Positions 1-11,022 of a stretch of 64,000 bases of DNA are shown piece by piece (the first letter of the stretch is position 1; the number at the start of each line of letters is the position of its first letter). The DNA lies in assembly GCA_051313645.2 (NCBI GenBank), contig JBNRSN020000002.1, forward strand, positions 74,462,001-74,526,000, given 5' to 3'. The DNA is from Centroscyllium fabricii (taxonomy: Eukaryota). A program made the translations under genes and the position numbers. The notes beneath the pieces were generated by a model. It was not told the DNA's origin. It was given only the letters and a program-made list of their open reading frames with translations, and ran no database searches.

Positions 1-968
1 GTGCACGTTGACAAAGAGGGCATCGGTTACCTGCGTGATCTAAGTGTGTGCGGCCGCCTGGGAGATGCCACTGATGACCCCTGGAATAAGCCTGAGGCAA
101 AAAAGTTGAGTGCGGTGGTGACGTTGATGGCCACCTGGTCCTCTGGGCTCCAGGTCTTGTTGCAACATTGCGCAGATGTCACCCACTACCTCTCGCGAAA
201 GTTGGAACCGCCTTTGGCACTGCTGCTCAGACATGTTGAGGTAGCTGACCGTGTGTCTGTAGACCCTGTTTGGGGGGTATCTCCTACGCAGACGGGCTTT
301 CACGCGCTGGCGCCTTCTGGCCTGTGCTGCCTCCGGAGGGTGAGCAGCAGCTTGGTGCTCCTACTGGTGCTGCTGCTGCTGTTGTTCCTGGTTCTGCTAG
401 TGCCGCGGCTGGTGTTCATCCTCATCTGATGTCCAGAAGGGAAGGAAATAACTGGCTCCCATGCTTCTGGGAGTTGAGGAAGCGCTGAGTGCAGATGGTG
501 AGAGGGGTTTCCCAGGAGGTCACACTGGAGATGGGTGTCAGGCTCCAAACTTCCACAGCTGTGGTTAAGCCTTCTAAAGGTTCCCCCAGACCTGAGACAA
601 CAAAGTCCTGCCACGTGCAAATGATGACTGATCAAATCTCCTCTTTAATGGTTGACCTGTAGCTGATAGTCAGCAATCCAATTGTGCTCCCACCAAGTTT
701 CACCATCATGTTTCAGAACAGGCGTGTTTCATGTGGGAAAAGGGTTAAAATAGCAAAGGCCTTTGAAAATGGCATTATAGAGGCAATTTAGTGCTTGTTA
801 AGGGACTTAATGGCCTATCCCGCCTCTTGGAGGACCATTAGACATGAATTAATGAAAATTGCTTAGAGGCGGGATGGAGGCAGGGTTAGGCCCGCCCGCC
901 TGTTTTTGCAATTTTAACCCCCCACACGCCTCCAATCGTGCCTCCATGGCCCAATGAAAATCCTGCCC
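1..968 (-). mobile_element. PIF/Harbinger DNA transposon end with decayed HARBI1-like transposase N-terminus (continues beyond window start)
   Basis: Minus-strand translation [60 protein letters not shown] resembles Harbinger transposases but is frameshifted. Terminus AAAATCCTGCCC at 957-968 matches the GGGCnGGATTTT-type TIRs of other elements in this window. Confidence 0.8.
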
Positions 969-1007
969 ATAGTGTACAAAAGCAAGGAAGTTATGATTTT
1001 AAAAAAA

Positions 1008-1484
1008 ATATCCATTTATGGGATGTGGGCATCGCTGACAAAGCCAGCATTTATTGCCTATCCCTAATTGCCCTTGAGAAGGTGGTGGTGAGCTGCCTTC
1101 TTGAACCGCTGCAGTCAGTGTGGTGAAGGTACTCCTACAGAGCTGTTAGGTAGGGAGTTCCAGGATTTTAACCCAGCAACGATGAAGGATCGGCGATAAA
1201 CTTCTAAGTCAGGATGGTGTGTGACTTGGGAGTGTAATTTGGAGCTGGTGGTGTTCCCATGACCGTGCTGCCCTTGTTCTTTTAGGTGGAAGAGGTCCAG
1301 GGTTTGGGAGGTGCTGCCGAAGAAGCCTTGGCGAGTTGCTGCAGTGCATCTTGTAGACGGTACACCGGTGGTGGAGGGAGTGAATGTTTAAGCTGGTGGA
1401 TGGGGTGCCAATCAAGCAGGCTGCTTTATCTTGGATTGTGTCAAGCTTCTTGAGTGTTGTTGGAGCTGCACTCATCCAGGCAAA
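1008..1484 (-). mobile_element. CR1-clade LINE 3' fragment (family 2, AAPTTLKKLDTIQDKAA type)
   Basis: ORF 1209-1475 MSAAPTTLKKLDTIQDKAACLIGTPS. The same peptide and 3' tail recur at 20660, 22050, 42350 and 63840. Confidence 0.8.
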
Positions 1485-1489
1485 GCGGG

Positions 1490-2078
1490 ATTATTCCACT
1501 CCTTTATAAAACACTGGTCCGACCTCAACTGGAGTATTGTGTCCAATTCTGGGCACCACACTTTAGGAAGGATGTGAAGGCCTTAAAGAGGGCGCAGAAA
1601 AGATTTACAAGAATGCTTACAGGGATGAGAGACTCCAGTTACGTGGATAGACTGGAGAAGCTGAGGTTGTTCTCCTTAGAGCAGAGAAGGTTGAGAGGAG
1701 AGTTGATAGAGGTGTTCAAAATCATGAGGTGTTTAGAGAAACTGTTCCCATTGGATGGAAGGGTCGAGAACCAGAGGACACAGACTGAAGGTGATTGGTA
1801 GAAGATCCAAAGGCGACATTGGTAGAAGATCCAAAAGGTGACAATGAGGAAAAACTTTCTTACGCAGCGAGTGGTTAGGACCTGGAATGTACTGCCTGAA
1901 AGGGTGGTGGAGGCATCGGGGCTTTCAAAAGGGAATTAAATAAGTACCTGAAGGAAAAAAAATTGCAGGTCTATGGGGAAAGGGAGGGGGAGTGGGACTA
2001 GTGCTCTTGCAGAGAGCTGGCACGGGCTCGATGGGCCGAATGGCCTCCTTCTGTGCTGTAACCATTCCACGACTCTAT
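1490..2078 (+). mobile_element. CR1 LINE 3' fragment
   Basis: LYKTLVRPQLEYCVQFWAPHFRKDV..LEQRRLRGELIEVFKIM is the CR1 ORF2 C-terminus. CR1-type tail GGGCCGAATGGCCTCCTTCTGTGCTGTA follows. Confidence 0.9.
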
Positions 2079-3456
2079 AAAGGGTGGAAAATCATGGGGG
2101 ACACACACCCAATTCCTGATATGTACTCCTGATGAGCAAGACTTTGCACTGGCAGCACTGAAAGTGAAAATATATCTCAAGCAGTAGAAAAAAGGACACA
2201 ACCCAGCATTTTAACAGTCAATATAAACATTCAAGTTTTGCATGAATCAAACCACATAAATAGGTATCAGTAGAATTAGGTGCGTTATTAATTTGTTTAT
2301 ACTGTATGTTAAGTGTGAGCAGCCTTGCTACTTTCTACCTTATATAAAAAAACATATTTACTCATGTAAAAGTGGTTTTTAATACAAATATTTCTTGAGG
2401 GAGCCAAGCCTTTACTGAGAATTTAAAACTGTCATGAAGTAAAGGAACTAAAATAATATATATGTAAAAATGAGAGAGATAGAGAACATAATTCAGGCAT
2501 CAAACTGGTGGCACAATGGATTGAATTATATATTATGTGTTTGCATCATTCCCTCTTGTGGCGAATTTCTATTCTTAGCCCGGTCCTCAGAGAGAGGCAA
2601 TGAGCAGAGACCACTTCCCCACTGGAATAAAAAGAAGGAATGAAAAATAAAATCAGTGAAACACACTGGGCCACTGATGCACAGCTCCCCACAATTGGTT
2701 ACAGAACAGAAGCTTGGGAGTACAGCATGGTGTGTGCTACTGGGGAGGGTAATAGTGACAACTCAAAATGGTGAAGAAGCTCTACAGGCTAGAAATAATG
2801 TGATGGAGGAGGGGCTCACAGAGCTACATATAAAATATTAAACATCGTAGCGAATGTAAACATGGAACATTACTTTAAATTAAGTCAAAAAATAGGATAT
2901 AAATTTACATTGGTGAAAAGTAACTTTCAAGGAGATAGTAGGAAGATATTCATTACTCAGTGATAAATGTTTGGAACAATCTGCCAGGCAGAGTGCAGGG
3001 ATGTTCAAAATGCAACTACAACAATAACTTGTATTTATATAACAGCTTTAATGTAGTAAAACGTCCCAAGGTGCTTCACAGGAGTATTATAAGGCAAAAA
3101 ATTGACAAAGAGCCACATGAGGAGAAATTAGGGCAGATGACCAAAAGCTTGGCCAAAGAAGTAGGTTTTAAGGAGCATCTTAAGGGAGGAAAGCAAGATA
3201 GAGAGGGGGAGACGTTTAAGGAGGGAATTCCAGAGCTTAGGGCCTAGGTAACTGAAGGCACGGCCACCAATGGTTGAGCAATTATGATCAGGGAGGCTCA
3301 AGAGGGCGGAAATAGAGGAGCGCAGAAATCTCAGGGGGTTGTGGTGATGAAGGAGATTACAGAGATAGAGAGGGGTGAGACAATGAAGGGGTTTGAAAAT
3401 AAGGATGATGATTTTGAAATCGAGGCGTTGCTTAACCGGGAGCCAATGTAGGTTAG

Positions 3457-4163
3457 TGTGATGAACCTTTTGGTGTGGTTCACACTGTACTGTTATTATA
3501 TACAGGTTGTGCACCGAAAATCCGTGTCCCGAATAGCCGGCAGCTTCACTCTGCCGGCACAAATTGCCCCGACTGCACTGCGCATGCGCAAGATGGCCGC
3601 CGCCATCGTGGCTTCAGCGAATGATCTGCGCATGCGTCGCCGGACGTTTAGCGCATGCGCAGATAATTCAATACGGCCGCCGGTTATTTTCGACAGCTGA
3701 GCCCCGTGACTGAGGCGGACAGTCACTAGGCAACAGCTGTCAGCCTGAGTCCGGCTCGGCGGCAGCAGCAACCCGAAAGGCGATGGAGAGGGAAGGCGGA
3801 CCCGGGCCCGATCTGCGCATGCGCGCGCCAGCCAATCCCAATGTTGTGCGCATGCGCGCGGCCATTTTGAATGATGCACGTGCGCAGTGTCCAACCTCGT
3901 TCTCCCGGTTTTTTCTGTTTCCCGGCACGGGCCTGGTCCCGCCCGTGGCGGATTAATGGTGCACAACCTGTATCTGTTAATGCCTTTATCTTTCTGTGGG
4001 GACCTGTCCTGGCTGACCCCGCCTCTGGGTGCTAGTATAAAGGAGTACGCTCCGCCCACTTGTCTTTCATACCAGGCAGACTCATCGGGGATACGGTTCA
4101 GTTCTTTGTTAATAAAAGCCTCTTTATGAAGAAACTCGCTTCAGTCGTAATTGAGGTATCTCA
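3457..4163 (+). mobile_element. Solo LTR (about 240 bp once the nested MITE is removed)
   Basis: Begins TGTGAT, ends ATCTCA, flanked by a perfect 5-bp TSD GTTAG (3452-3456 and 4164-4168). Internal TATAAA (~4036) and AATAAA (~4111). Confidence 0.8.
3503..3970. mobile_element. Tc1/mariner (Tigger/pogo-type) MITE
   Basis: TIR CAGGTTGTGCACC / GGTGCACAACCTG, TA on both flanks, CpG-rich interior with GCGCATGCGC motifs. Confidence 0.9.
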
Positions 4164-5351
4164 GTTAGCAAGCACAGGGGTGATGGGTGAATGGGACTTG
4201 GTGCGAGTTAGGACACGGGCAGCTGAGTTTTGGATGATCTCAAGTTTACATAGGGTAGAACATGGGAGACCAGCCAGGTGTGCGTTGGAATAGTCACGTC
4301 TAGAGGTAACTAAGGCATGGATGAGGGTTTCAGCAGCAGAATGCAACTGAATATTATAGTGGGAGAGTAAGAGGGATGAGTGTTGACAGGCTAAATGGCC
4401 TCTTTGTTCTTGACTTTTCTTATTCTCTTATGAGGAACCATTTAATTAAATAACTGGTGAAGTGCTGTCACAATGTGGGTTACAATGTAGAGGATATTTA
4501 ATGGAATCCAGGCTTACAATTAAATTGGGGGGTCTCAGAAGTTAAACACATCTCCATTAATTTCACGAAGTGAGTTTTACAATAATTGCATAGGGCTACT
4601 GCTATTTCAGTTTTGGACTGGACAGTTTGATTTTAAAAGCAAACAACAGAATCGAAGCCACAATCCTACCAGTTACAGTTTTGGACTTGGCAAAAGGACA
4701 TTCAACCTAGTTTAACGTATTCATCCAGAAAGACTCTTCAGTCCTCCCACACATCACAGCATCCAAATGGCTAAGTGATTCCAGGATTTGTCCCCACTAC
4801 CCTACCTGGAATTCTACGTATTCCACGTCATTTATTAATTTATATACCACTATAGGATCATCTCTATGGCTTTTTATAAGGCCTAAATTTCTCCAGTCTT
4901 CTTTCATACCTTAGTCCTCTGATGCTAGGGAACTACCTTTGGGAGTTGAATGTCTTCCTTGTCTTCATGACCAGAAAGAGACACAATAATCAAGGTGTAC
5001 TGATTTGACTATATATATCAGCATTCTATTTCCATTCTATGAACAGATTATCTGGTCACTTATCTCATTACTATTTGTAGGATCATCCAGTGCACAAATT
5101 GGCTTCACTGACTGAGAAGCACTTTGGGATGTCCTGAGGTCATGAAAGGTGTTGCATAATTGCAGGTTCTTTCTTTACAATAACCACACACTACCGAAAA
5201 ATGACAAATATGGATTTTAAATTAAGTACAGGAATTGCACCACTTGTACAAAATGCTGCAGTGTATTCCATCCAAACAATGTACAGTGTCCAAAAGATGC
5301 GTACGTAATGGTGAACCAAGTCCACTTTTAGTGGTGCATTCCATACATGAA

Positions 5352-5737
5352 GGGCGGCACGGTGGCATAGTGGTTAGCACTGTTGCCTCACAGCACTAGA
5401 GACCCGGGTTCAAATCCAGCCTCGGGTACTATCTGTGTGGAGTTTGCACATTCTCCTCGTGTCTGCGTGGGTTTCCTCCGGGTGCTCCGGTTTCCTCCCA
5501 CAGTCCAAAGATGTGCGGGTTAGGTTGATTGGCCAGGATAAATTGACCCTTAGTGTTAGGGGGATTGAATATGTGGGATTATGGGGATAGGGTGGGATAT
5601 GTGTCGGTGCAGGCTCGATAGGGATCGAGGGATATGGGGAGAGGGCAGGTACTGGGTTTGCATGATCAGCCATGATCTCATTGAATGGCGGAGCAGGCCC
5701 GAAGGGCCGAATGGCCTACTCCTGCTCCTAGTTTCTA
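5352..5737 (+). mobile_element. HE1-type V-SINE (tRNA head, V-domain, CR1/HER1 tail)
   Basis: Head GGGCGGCACGGTGGCATAGTGGTTAGC..GGGTTCAAATCC (A/B boxes). V-domain TGTGTGGAGTTTGCACATTCTCC..GGGTTTCCTCCGGGTGCTCCGGTTTCCTCCCAC. Tail matches the CR1 3' ends in this window. Confidence 0.9.
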
Positions 5738-5744
5738 AAAGGGT

Positions 5745-6420
5745 TGGTTTCTGCCAATTTTCTTTCCTCCTCCTCTTCTAGGGTCATGAGGTACAGTTCC
5801 ATAGGTGCTAGTTGCCCTCCAATACCTTGCCCTCAGCCAAGATGGCAAATGTTAGTAGGCTGTTTAACGTGGGGAGCATCACAGCTGACTCTGATTCAGT
5901 CCTCATCCAACATCCACATGTGTGTATTTTCCAGCAGAGGACGCTTAAAAGCAATCAGGAGCAGGAAATCTAACTTGTTTTCCACTCTCTGGACTAGAGG
6001 TGCTGAAGCCAGTTACAGCGCCCTTATTGCCATCATTCCTGCCCTGTTCCTGAGACTAGGGGCAGGGTCACTGGCAAGGCTTGGAAGCTAAGCCGAGCCA
6101 GGCCTGGTTAGTACTTGGATGGGTGACCACCAGGGGCAGAAGGTCACAAAAGGAGCCCCGGGGAGGGGCGGTTGGCTGAAGATTGTCGGAATGATGGAAA
6201 GATGGAATGGCGGCGCGCACTGACGCAGCGGCTTTGCTGGACTCTTGGGAGCTTGCAAGATCACATTTCGTTGTTCATGTACTTGTACATTGTATAATGA
6301 CAATAAAGTTGAATTATTATTATCATGTGATCAGCTGACTCATCACAAACCAGCAATCAATCCCGAGACTTTCCTGAGCTGCATGACGTAATACCTGCAC
6401 TGCACTGACTTTACCAACTG
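5745..6420 (-). mobile_element. Old tRNA-derived SINE (AmnSINE2-like, tentative), interrupted at 6037-6321
   Basis: Same degenerate sequence recurs at about 12050-12390, 33130-33350, 54960-55215 and 63365-63690. Family name from recall only. Confidence 0.5.
6037..6321 (+). mobile_element. 5S rRNA-promoter SINE (SINE3-type) with Rex1-like 3' tail
   Basis: 6083-6130 GGAAGCTAAGCCGAGCCAGGCCTGGTTAGTACTTGGATGGGTGACCAC matches the 5S internal control region. Tail AATGACAATAAAGTTGAATT(ATT)n. Candidate TSD ATCAT at 6032-6036 and 6322-6326. Confidence 0.7.
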
Positions 6421-7082
6421 AGGCATTGATGGAGGTAGTAACAAGCTTTGAATAATGCTAATTCATTTTTATTAATCCACTTAAGAAAACATGGAAGAAA
6501 AATAAAAAAGGCACACCAAAGCACAAGGATCAAGGAGGCATGTTCCTTATTTCCTTAGTTGTATCAGCTGCATTGCCGTTACCTATTAATTCCTGTTTGC
6601 TAATTTTTACATTTATTCAGATGGGATACACTTACTTTAAGTAAAATAAATTGTTCTCAATTAAATGGAATTGTCGTCTTCCTCTTCCTATCATACCCAA
6701 TTATTACATCGTAATCAGCCCTTTAGGGAGTTGGTATAGAATTGATCTGATCTGCATACTTAAATGTTACCTCCTGCAACAAATGTGACAGTAATTTCCT
6801 TCATACTTTAGTATTGTTATTAGTCTACTTCTTTTGTTATTTGATATAGTCAGAGATTTAAATGTTTTAGAGAATGCACATAGCATAGAGAATGCATAAA
6901 GCTAGGACACTGTACAATCCTCTGATTTCCCAGTTTTTTAAAAAACTAAATGCAAGTAGCTTTTTTTAAAAAATCAGATGAAAAAAAAGCTGCTCCTGGA
7001 TAGGGCACTGTATCACATCATCCTTCAAATCCAGAACTGTGACTTCCGTCAAGTGTAATGCTGGGCATGTGAGATTGTTATA

Positions 7083-7470
7083 CAGGTTGTGCACCATTAA
7101 ACCGGCATCCTCGGGACCAGGCCGGTGCCGGACCACTGAAGGTTCGGGGAGCGCATGCACAGACCATTCAAAATGGCCGCTGTACATGCGCAGACCATTC
7201 AAAATGGCCGCTGTGCATGCGCAGACCATTCAAAATGGCCGCTGCACATGCGCAGACCAGTCAAAATGGCCACTGCGCATGCGCAGACCAGTCAAAATGG
7301 CCGCTGCGCATGCGCAGGTGAAAATGGCCACTGTGCATGCGCAGACCAGTTGGGGAGAGGCCCGCACATCACGAGCATCCCTGGGATCATGTGGGCCAGC
7401 CAGTGGGATTCGTGCCGGACCACTGAAGGTGCCGAATTATCGGGTGCTAGATTAACGGTGCGTTCACCTG
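7083..7470. mobile_element. Tigger-type MITE with internal 31-bp tandem array
   Basis: Left TIR TA|CAGGTTGTGCACC, degenerate right TIR GGTGCGTTCACCTG, about 6.5 copies of GCGCATGCGCAGACCATTCAAAATGGCCGCT at 7151-7350. Confidence 0.85.
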
Positions 7471-8774
7471 AACTGTGAAAAGCACCCAGCCTATTATTAT
7501 GTGTTTCTTTTGTCTTTCCCAACTTTGGCCATCTCTGGAGAGCATTTTAGATGCATCAACAGTAGAGTGAAGTTTCTTGTGGTTACAAGTCTGTCACCAA
7601 CAGTGGGAGCAATTTATGGTGATGAATTAATAGTATCACACAAAAAGTGCATCAGCTTGACTGCATTTTATTTTAGTGTATTGGTACCAGTATGCTAAAT
7701 AAGCCCAGTGATAACATTTTAGTATCCAAAGTGTGAAAAATGATCTGATAGTCCTACAGAACTTTTCACACATTGAATGACAGCTAAATTAACCTAAATA
7801 GCACTATCCAATATAAAAATCATTATTTTATTAGGGAAATGCTGGCATGCGGTTTTCAACTTCCCTCCTTCTGAATTCAATTTTCTTTGCTGTGTGTGTT
7901 CACAGGCACCACAAGATAACAGCTCTGAATGAAAATGTGTTCATTTTACAATCTTCAATCTGATAAGGTCCTTTCTTGAATACTATAGCTGGTTATTTAA
8001 TTACATTCACTTTTTGAATGAACAATTCTGAATGAAAATTAAGCCATTTTGAAACCTCCGTTCCGCCGAGTATTTTTTTTTAATACGGCAACTAGTGATC
8101 TAATTACATGAATTCTTTGACATAGCTGTTCTTGAATGAAAGTTGCAGCATTGCGACCCTCATTTATTTGTTTATATATAACCTATATATTGAATGATAT
8201 TTTTAAACATTAATCTTCCAGTTCCAGATGAAAATTAAACGAATCTAAAACCCCCTGGGTTCTGCGATGTTTCCCTGTAGCTATACATTGGTAGAAATTA
8301 CATTTCAAAAGCAGTAAAATACTTTCCTACATTTTCTCCCCACAGTATTAAAGATCTGTCGACTGGATAACTAGAAACAAATGCAGAGCTGCACGTTCAT
8401 GTTTTCTAACAGGACACAAAAAGAATTTCATACCACCATTCACAGACATTGCTGGGATTTTCCTCAACTTCTTGCAGAGGCGTTGCCGGCTACTGATACT
8501 TGCTGTTGCTAAATCAGATAAATTGTTTTAGAATTGGTTTTTATGGTTGCCACAGCGATATGGAGGCACTTCTCTCCCCCTGCCCCCCTCCCACCAGTAC
8601 CTGGTGAAACTCTCCGCTTTGCTCCTCATTGGCAGTTGCACTCTTCCCTTGCCCCCTCTTCCTCAGTACACAGTGAAAATGTTTCTCCCTTTCCAGTTCA
8701 CAACGCCAGTCTTCTCCCTCCTCACATTATGCTGGCACTCTTCTAGCCCTCCTTCTCCCATCCGCATACATATC

Positions 8775-9576
8775 GGGCCAGAAATTAGAGTTGGGGCTTT
8801 CGTGCGGGTGCAGTGCTCTTATTAGCGCATACCCAGCACTTTTTTCAAGTTTTGAGTTTTTTGCACGGTGACTTTCCGATTAGCACAGCTTGACAGAGCT
8901 CTGTGCGAGCTCCGTGGGCAACTTAGTGGCGTAATTAGTTCAAAGTCTCGCACGAGATCACGTGATCGGCAGGGAGCCAATCAATGGAAGCAATCCTCCA
9001 TTGAAAACTTACACACAGAAATCTGTGTAAGTTTTCAAAAGAGAGATCTTCCAAAACACATCTAAACTCAAAAATAAAATTTTGAAAACCCCACATTTTT
9101 TTTTAACATTACTTCAACTAACATAACATTACTTCAACTAACATAAATAACCTATTTTAAAGAAAAAAAAAAAATTTACGGAAATTTTTTTCAATGTTTC
9201 ACAGGCCTAAAAAAATACTTACCTGTCTTTAAATTTAACAATAATTAAAACCCTGAAAAAACGAGACTTAAAATCAATAAAATACAGACTTACCTGATAA
9301 AAACGGGTGCTTACGAATCCCTTTTTCAAGCGTAAAATCTTCTGTGCTTGATCCGTAGAAAAACTTTTTTTTAAATCGGAATGTTTCAGTGCACCCTGTG
9401 GTGCACTGGTTCCTGCGATAGCCATCGCACGAACTCTGCCCCCCTGCTGGCCACCATCGGAAAACATGAAGCAGCGCAAACGGCTGCTTCATGCGCGTTT
9501 AAGCTCTGGTGCGCTCGCACCAGAGCTCAAACGCGATATGCACCGGTCGGAAATACCGGCCCAATATCTTCTGCCC
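8775..9576. mobile_element. Harbinger-type MITE (GGGCCAGAAATT end, AT-rich core)
   Basis: Same architecture as 39791 and 59366 in opposite orientation: GC-rich arms, CCAAT plus TCACGTGA module, AT-rich centre. Right TIR is degenerate. Confidence 0.65.
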
Positions 9577-10244
9577 TAATGTGCCCTTAACTGCCATTCT
9601 GGCTACAACCTGCTGCTCTGGAAGTTCAAACACTGTTGCAGGTTGTGGGTGGAAATCCTTGATCTCGAAAAGGTATCATGAGATGAAGAATTCCTGCCTT
9701 TCCCCCACAGCCCCAATATCAGGTGTTGATAAACTTTATTTTATAAATCAATTGTCCGCTTTCTTTTGACGCCACTTTGTTTTCTTCAGCGTACAGCAAA
9801 GTTTGATCCTTGATCAAAGTAACAGATGCATTAAGTTGCCCCAGGTTTATAATGGCAAGTGACTTCCACCACTACAATGCTTATGACACTGGAGCAACCT
9901 CTTCCAATTTCCCCATCACAGTGCTTAGGTGTCTGCATGAGTGTGAACAGTTACACATGGTCATTTGAGTTGGAAAACACTACAAGCAGTATTCAGCTGG
10001 GTGAAGTTCATTTCCGTTAAGCATTAGAAATGCAAACTTCCTCAAAGGAAACCAATTAAGCCTTATTTATACAATATACTATTTGGCTTCAAAAATGTAT
10101 TCACTATGGTTATCATTTAATAAATAGACCATGGGCATTTTCCAACAGAGAACTGTTTAGCTTTCATTAAATACTAATAGAAAAAGTCACAGGTATAGTT
10201 GTGCAGTGATCTGTTACTAAATGTTCAAACTCTGCTGCATGCTA

Positions 10245-10962
10245 TGGGTGGGTAATTCAGAGGCCTAACAATCCAGGGAATGCGAGTTCAAATTCCACCA
10301 TGGCAAGTTGAACATTTGAATTCAGTTTTAAAAATCTGTAAATATAAAAGCTGGCGATCAGTAAAAACACGTGATCATGATTCTGTCAGAATGCTGTAAT
10401 GGTTTACTAATGTCCTTTAGGGAAGGAAACTTGGCCTAGATGTAACCCCAGTCCCATACCAATGTGGTTGGCTCTTAACTGCCCTCTGAGGTGGCCTAGC
10501 AAGCCACTCAGTTGTGTCAAATCACGACATGCTGAAAGGACTGGACAGGCTAGATTCAGAGAGAATGTTTCCAATGACGGGGGAGTCCAGAACCAGGGGC
10601 CACAGTCTAAGGATAAGGGGTAAACCATTTAGGACAGACATGAGGATGAATTTCTTCACTCAGAGAGTGGTGGGCCTGTGGAATTCCCTGCCACAGAGGG
10701 CGGTGGAGGCCAGTTCATTAAACATATTCAAGAGGGAATTGGATATATTTCTTCAAGCTAAAGGGATTAAAGGTTATGGAGAAAAGGCGGGGACGGGGTA
10801 CTAGCTTGCTAAAGATCAGCCATGATCTCATTGAATGGCGGAGCAGGCTCGAAGGGCTGAATGGCCTACTCCTGCTCCTATCTTCTATGATTCTATGATT
10901 CTATGCAGTGATTCAAGAAATCGGCCCAACCTCCGTCTCAGGGCAACTAGGCACGGGCAATA
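10245..10962 (+). mobile_element. tRNA-derived SINE (Meta-domain-like, tentative) with CR1 family-2 tail, interrupted by a HER1 fragment
   Basis: B-box GAGTTCAAATTCC, core ACTAATGTCCTTTAGGGAAGGAAA. Tail GGGCAACTAGG..GGGCAATAA is shared with the LINE end at ~43370. Confidence 0.6.
10525..10905 (+). mobile_element. CR1/HER1 LINE 3' end
   Basis: KGLDRLDSERMFPMTGESRTRGHSLRIRGKPFRT..FFTQRVVGLWNSLP, followed by a (TTCTATGA)n tail. Confidence 0.92.
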
Positions 10963-11022
10963 ACAACAGAAAACGCTGGAGAAACTCAGCAGGCCAGGCA
11001 GCATCGGTCGAGAGAGAAACAG

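Larger units (their letters stand above)
3013..4345 (-). mobile_element. L2 LINE 3' fragment, split by a solo LTR (pieces 3013-3456 and 4164-4345)
   Basis: AETLIHALVTSRRDYSN..IQNSAARVLTRTKSHSPITPVLAN continues as LHWLPVKQRLDFKI..GGRAFSYLGPKLWNSL on the other side of the insertion. (TTG)n-type tail near 3013. Confidence 0.9.

Noticed and set aside
2129-2165. Hammerhead-like CTGATGA-GCAA..TTGC
   Set aside because: GAAA is 12 nt away from the stem, and no stem I or III pairing is present.
3496-4059. GC-rich ORFs over MITEs (also 7039, 12471, 13904, 25220, 62404)
   Set aside because: Stop-poor frames caused by GC-rich palindromic repeats; no protein homology recognisable.
5352-5425. tRNA gene
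   Set aside because: tRNA-like A/B boxes are the head of an HE1-type SINE; no complete cloverleaf or terminator.
6083-6130. Functional 5S rRNA gene
   Set aside because: Only the internal control region matches. The 5' and 3' parts are unrelated and a retroposon tail follows.
9436-9454. CTCF site in MITE (TGGCCAGCAGGGGGGCAG)
   Set aside because: One extra G relative to consensus. Other near-matches (about 15130, 50745, 55420) are likewise imperfect and cannot be called without a PWM scan or ChIP.
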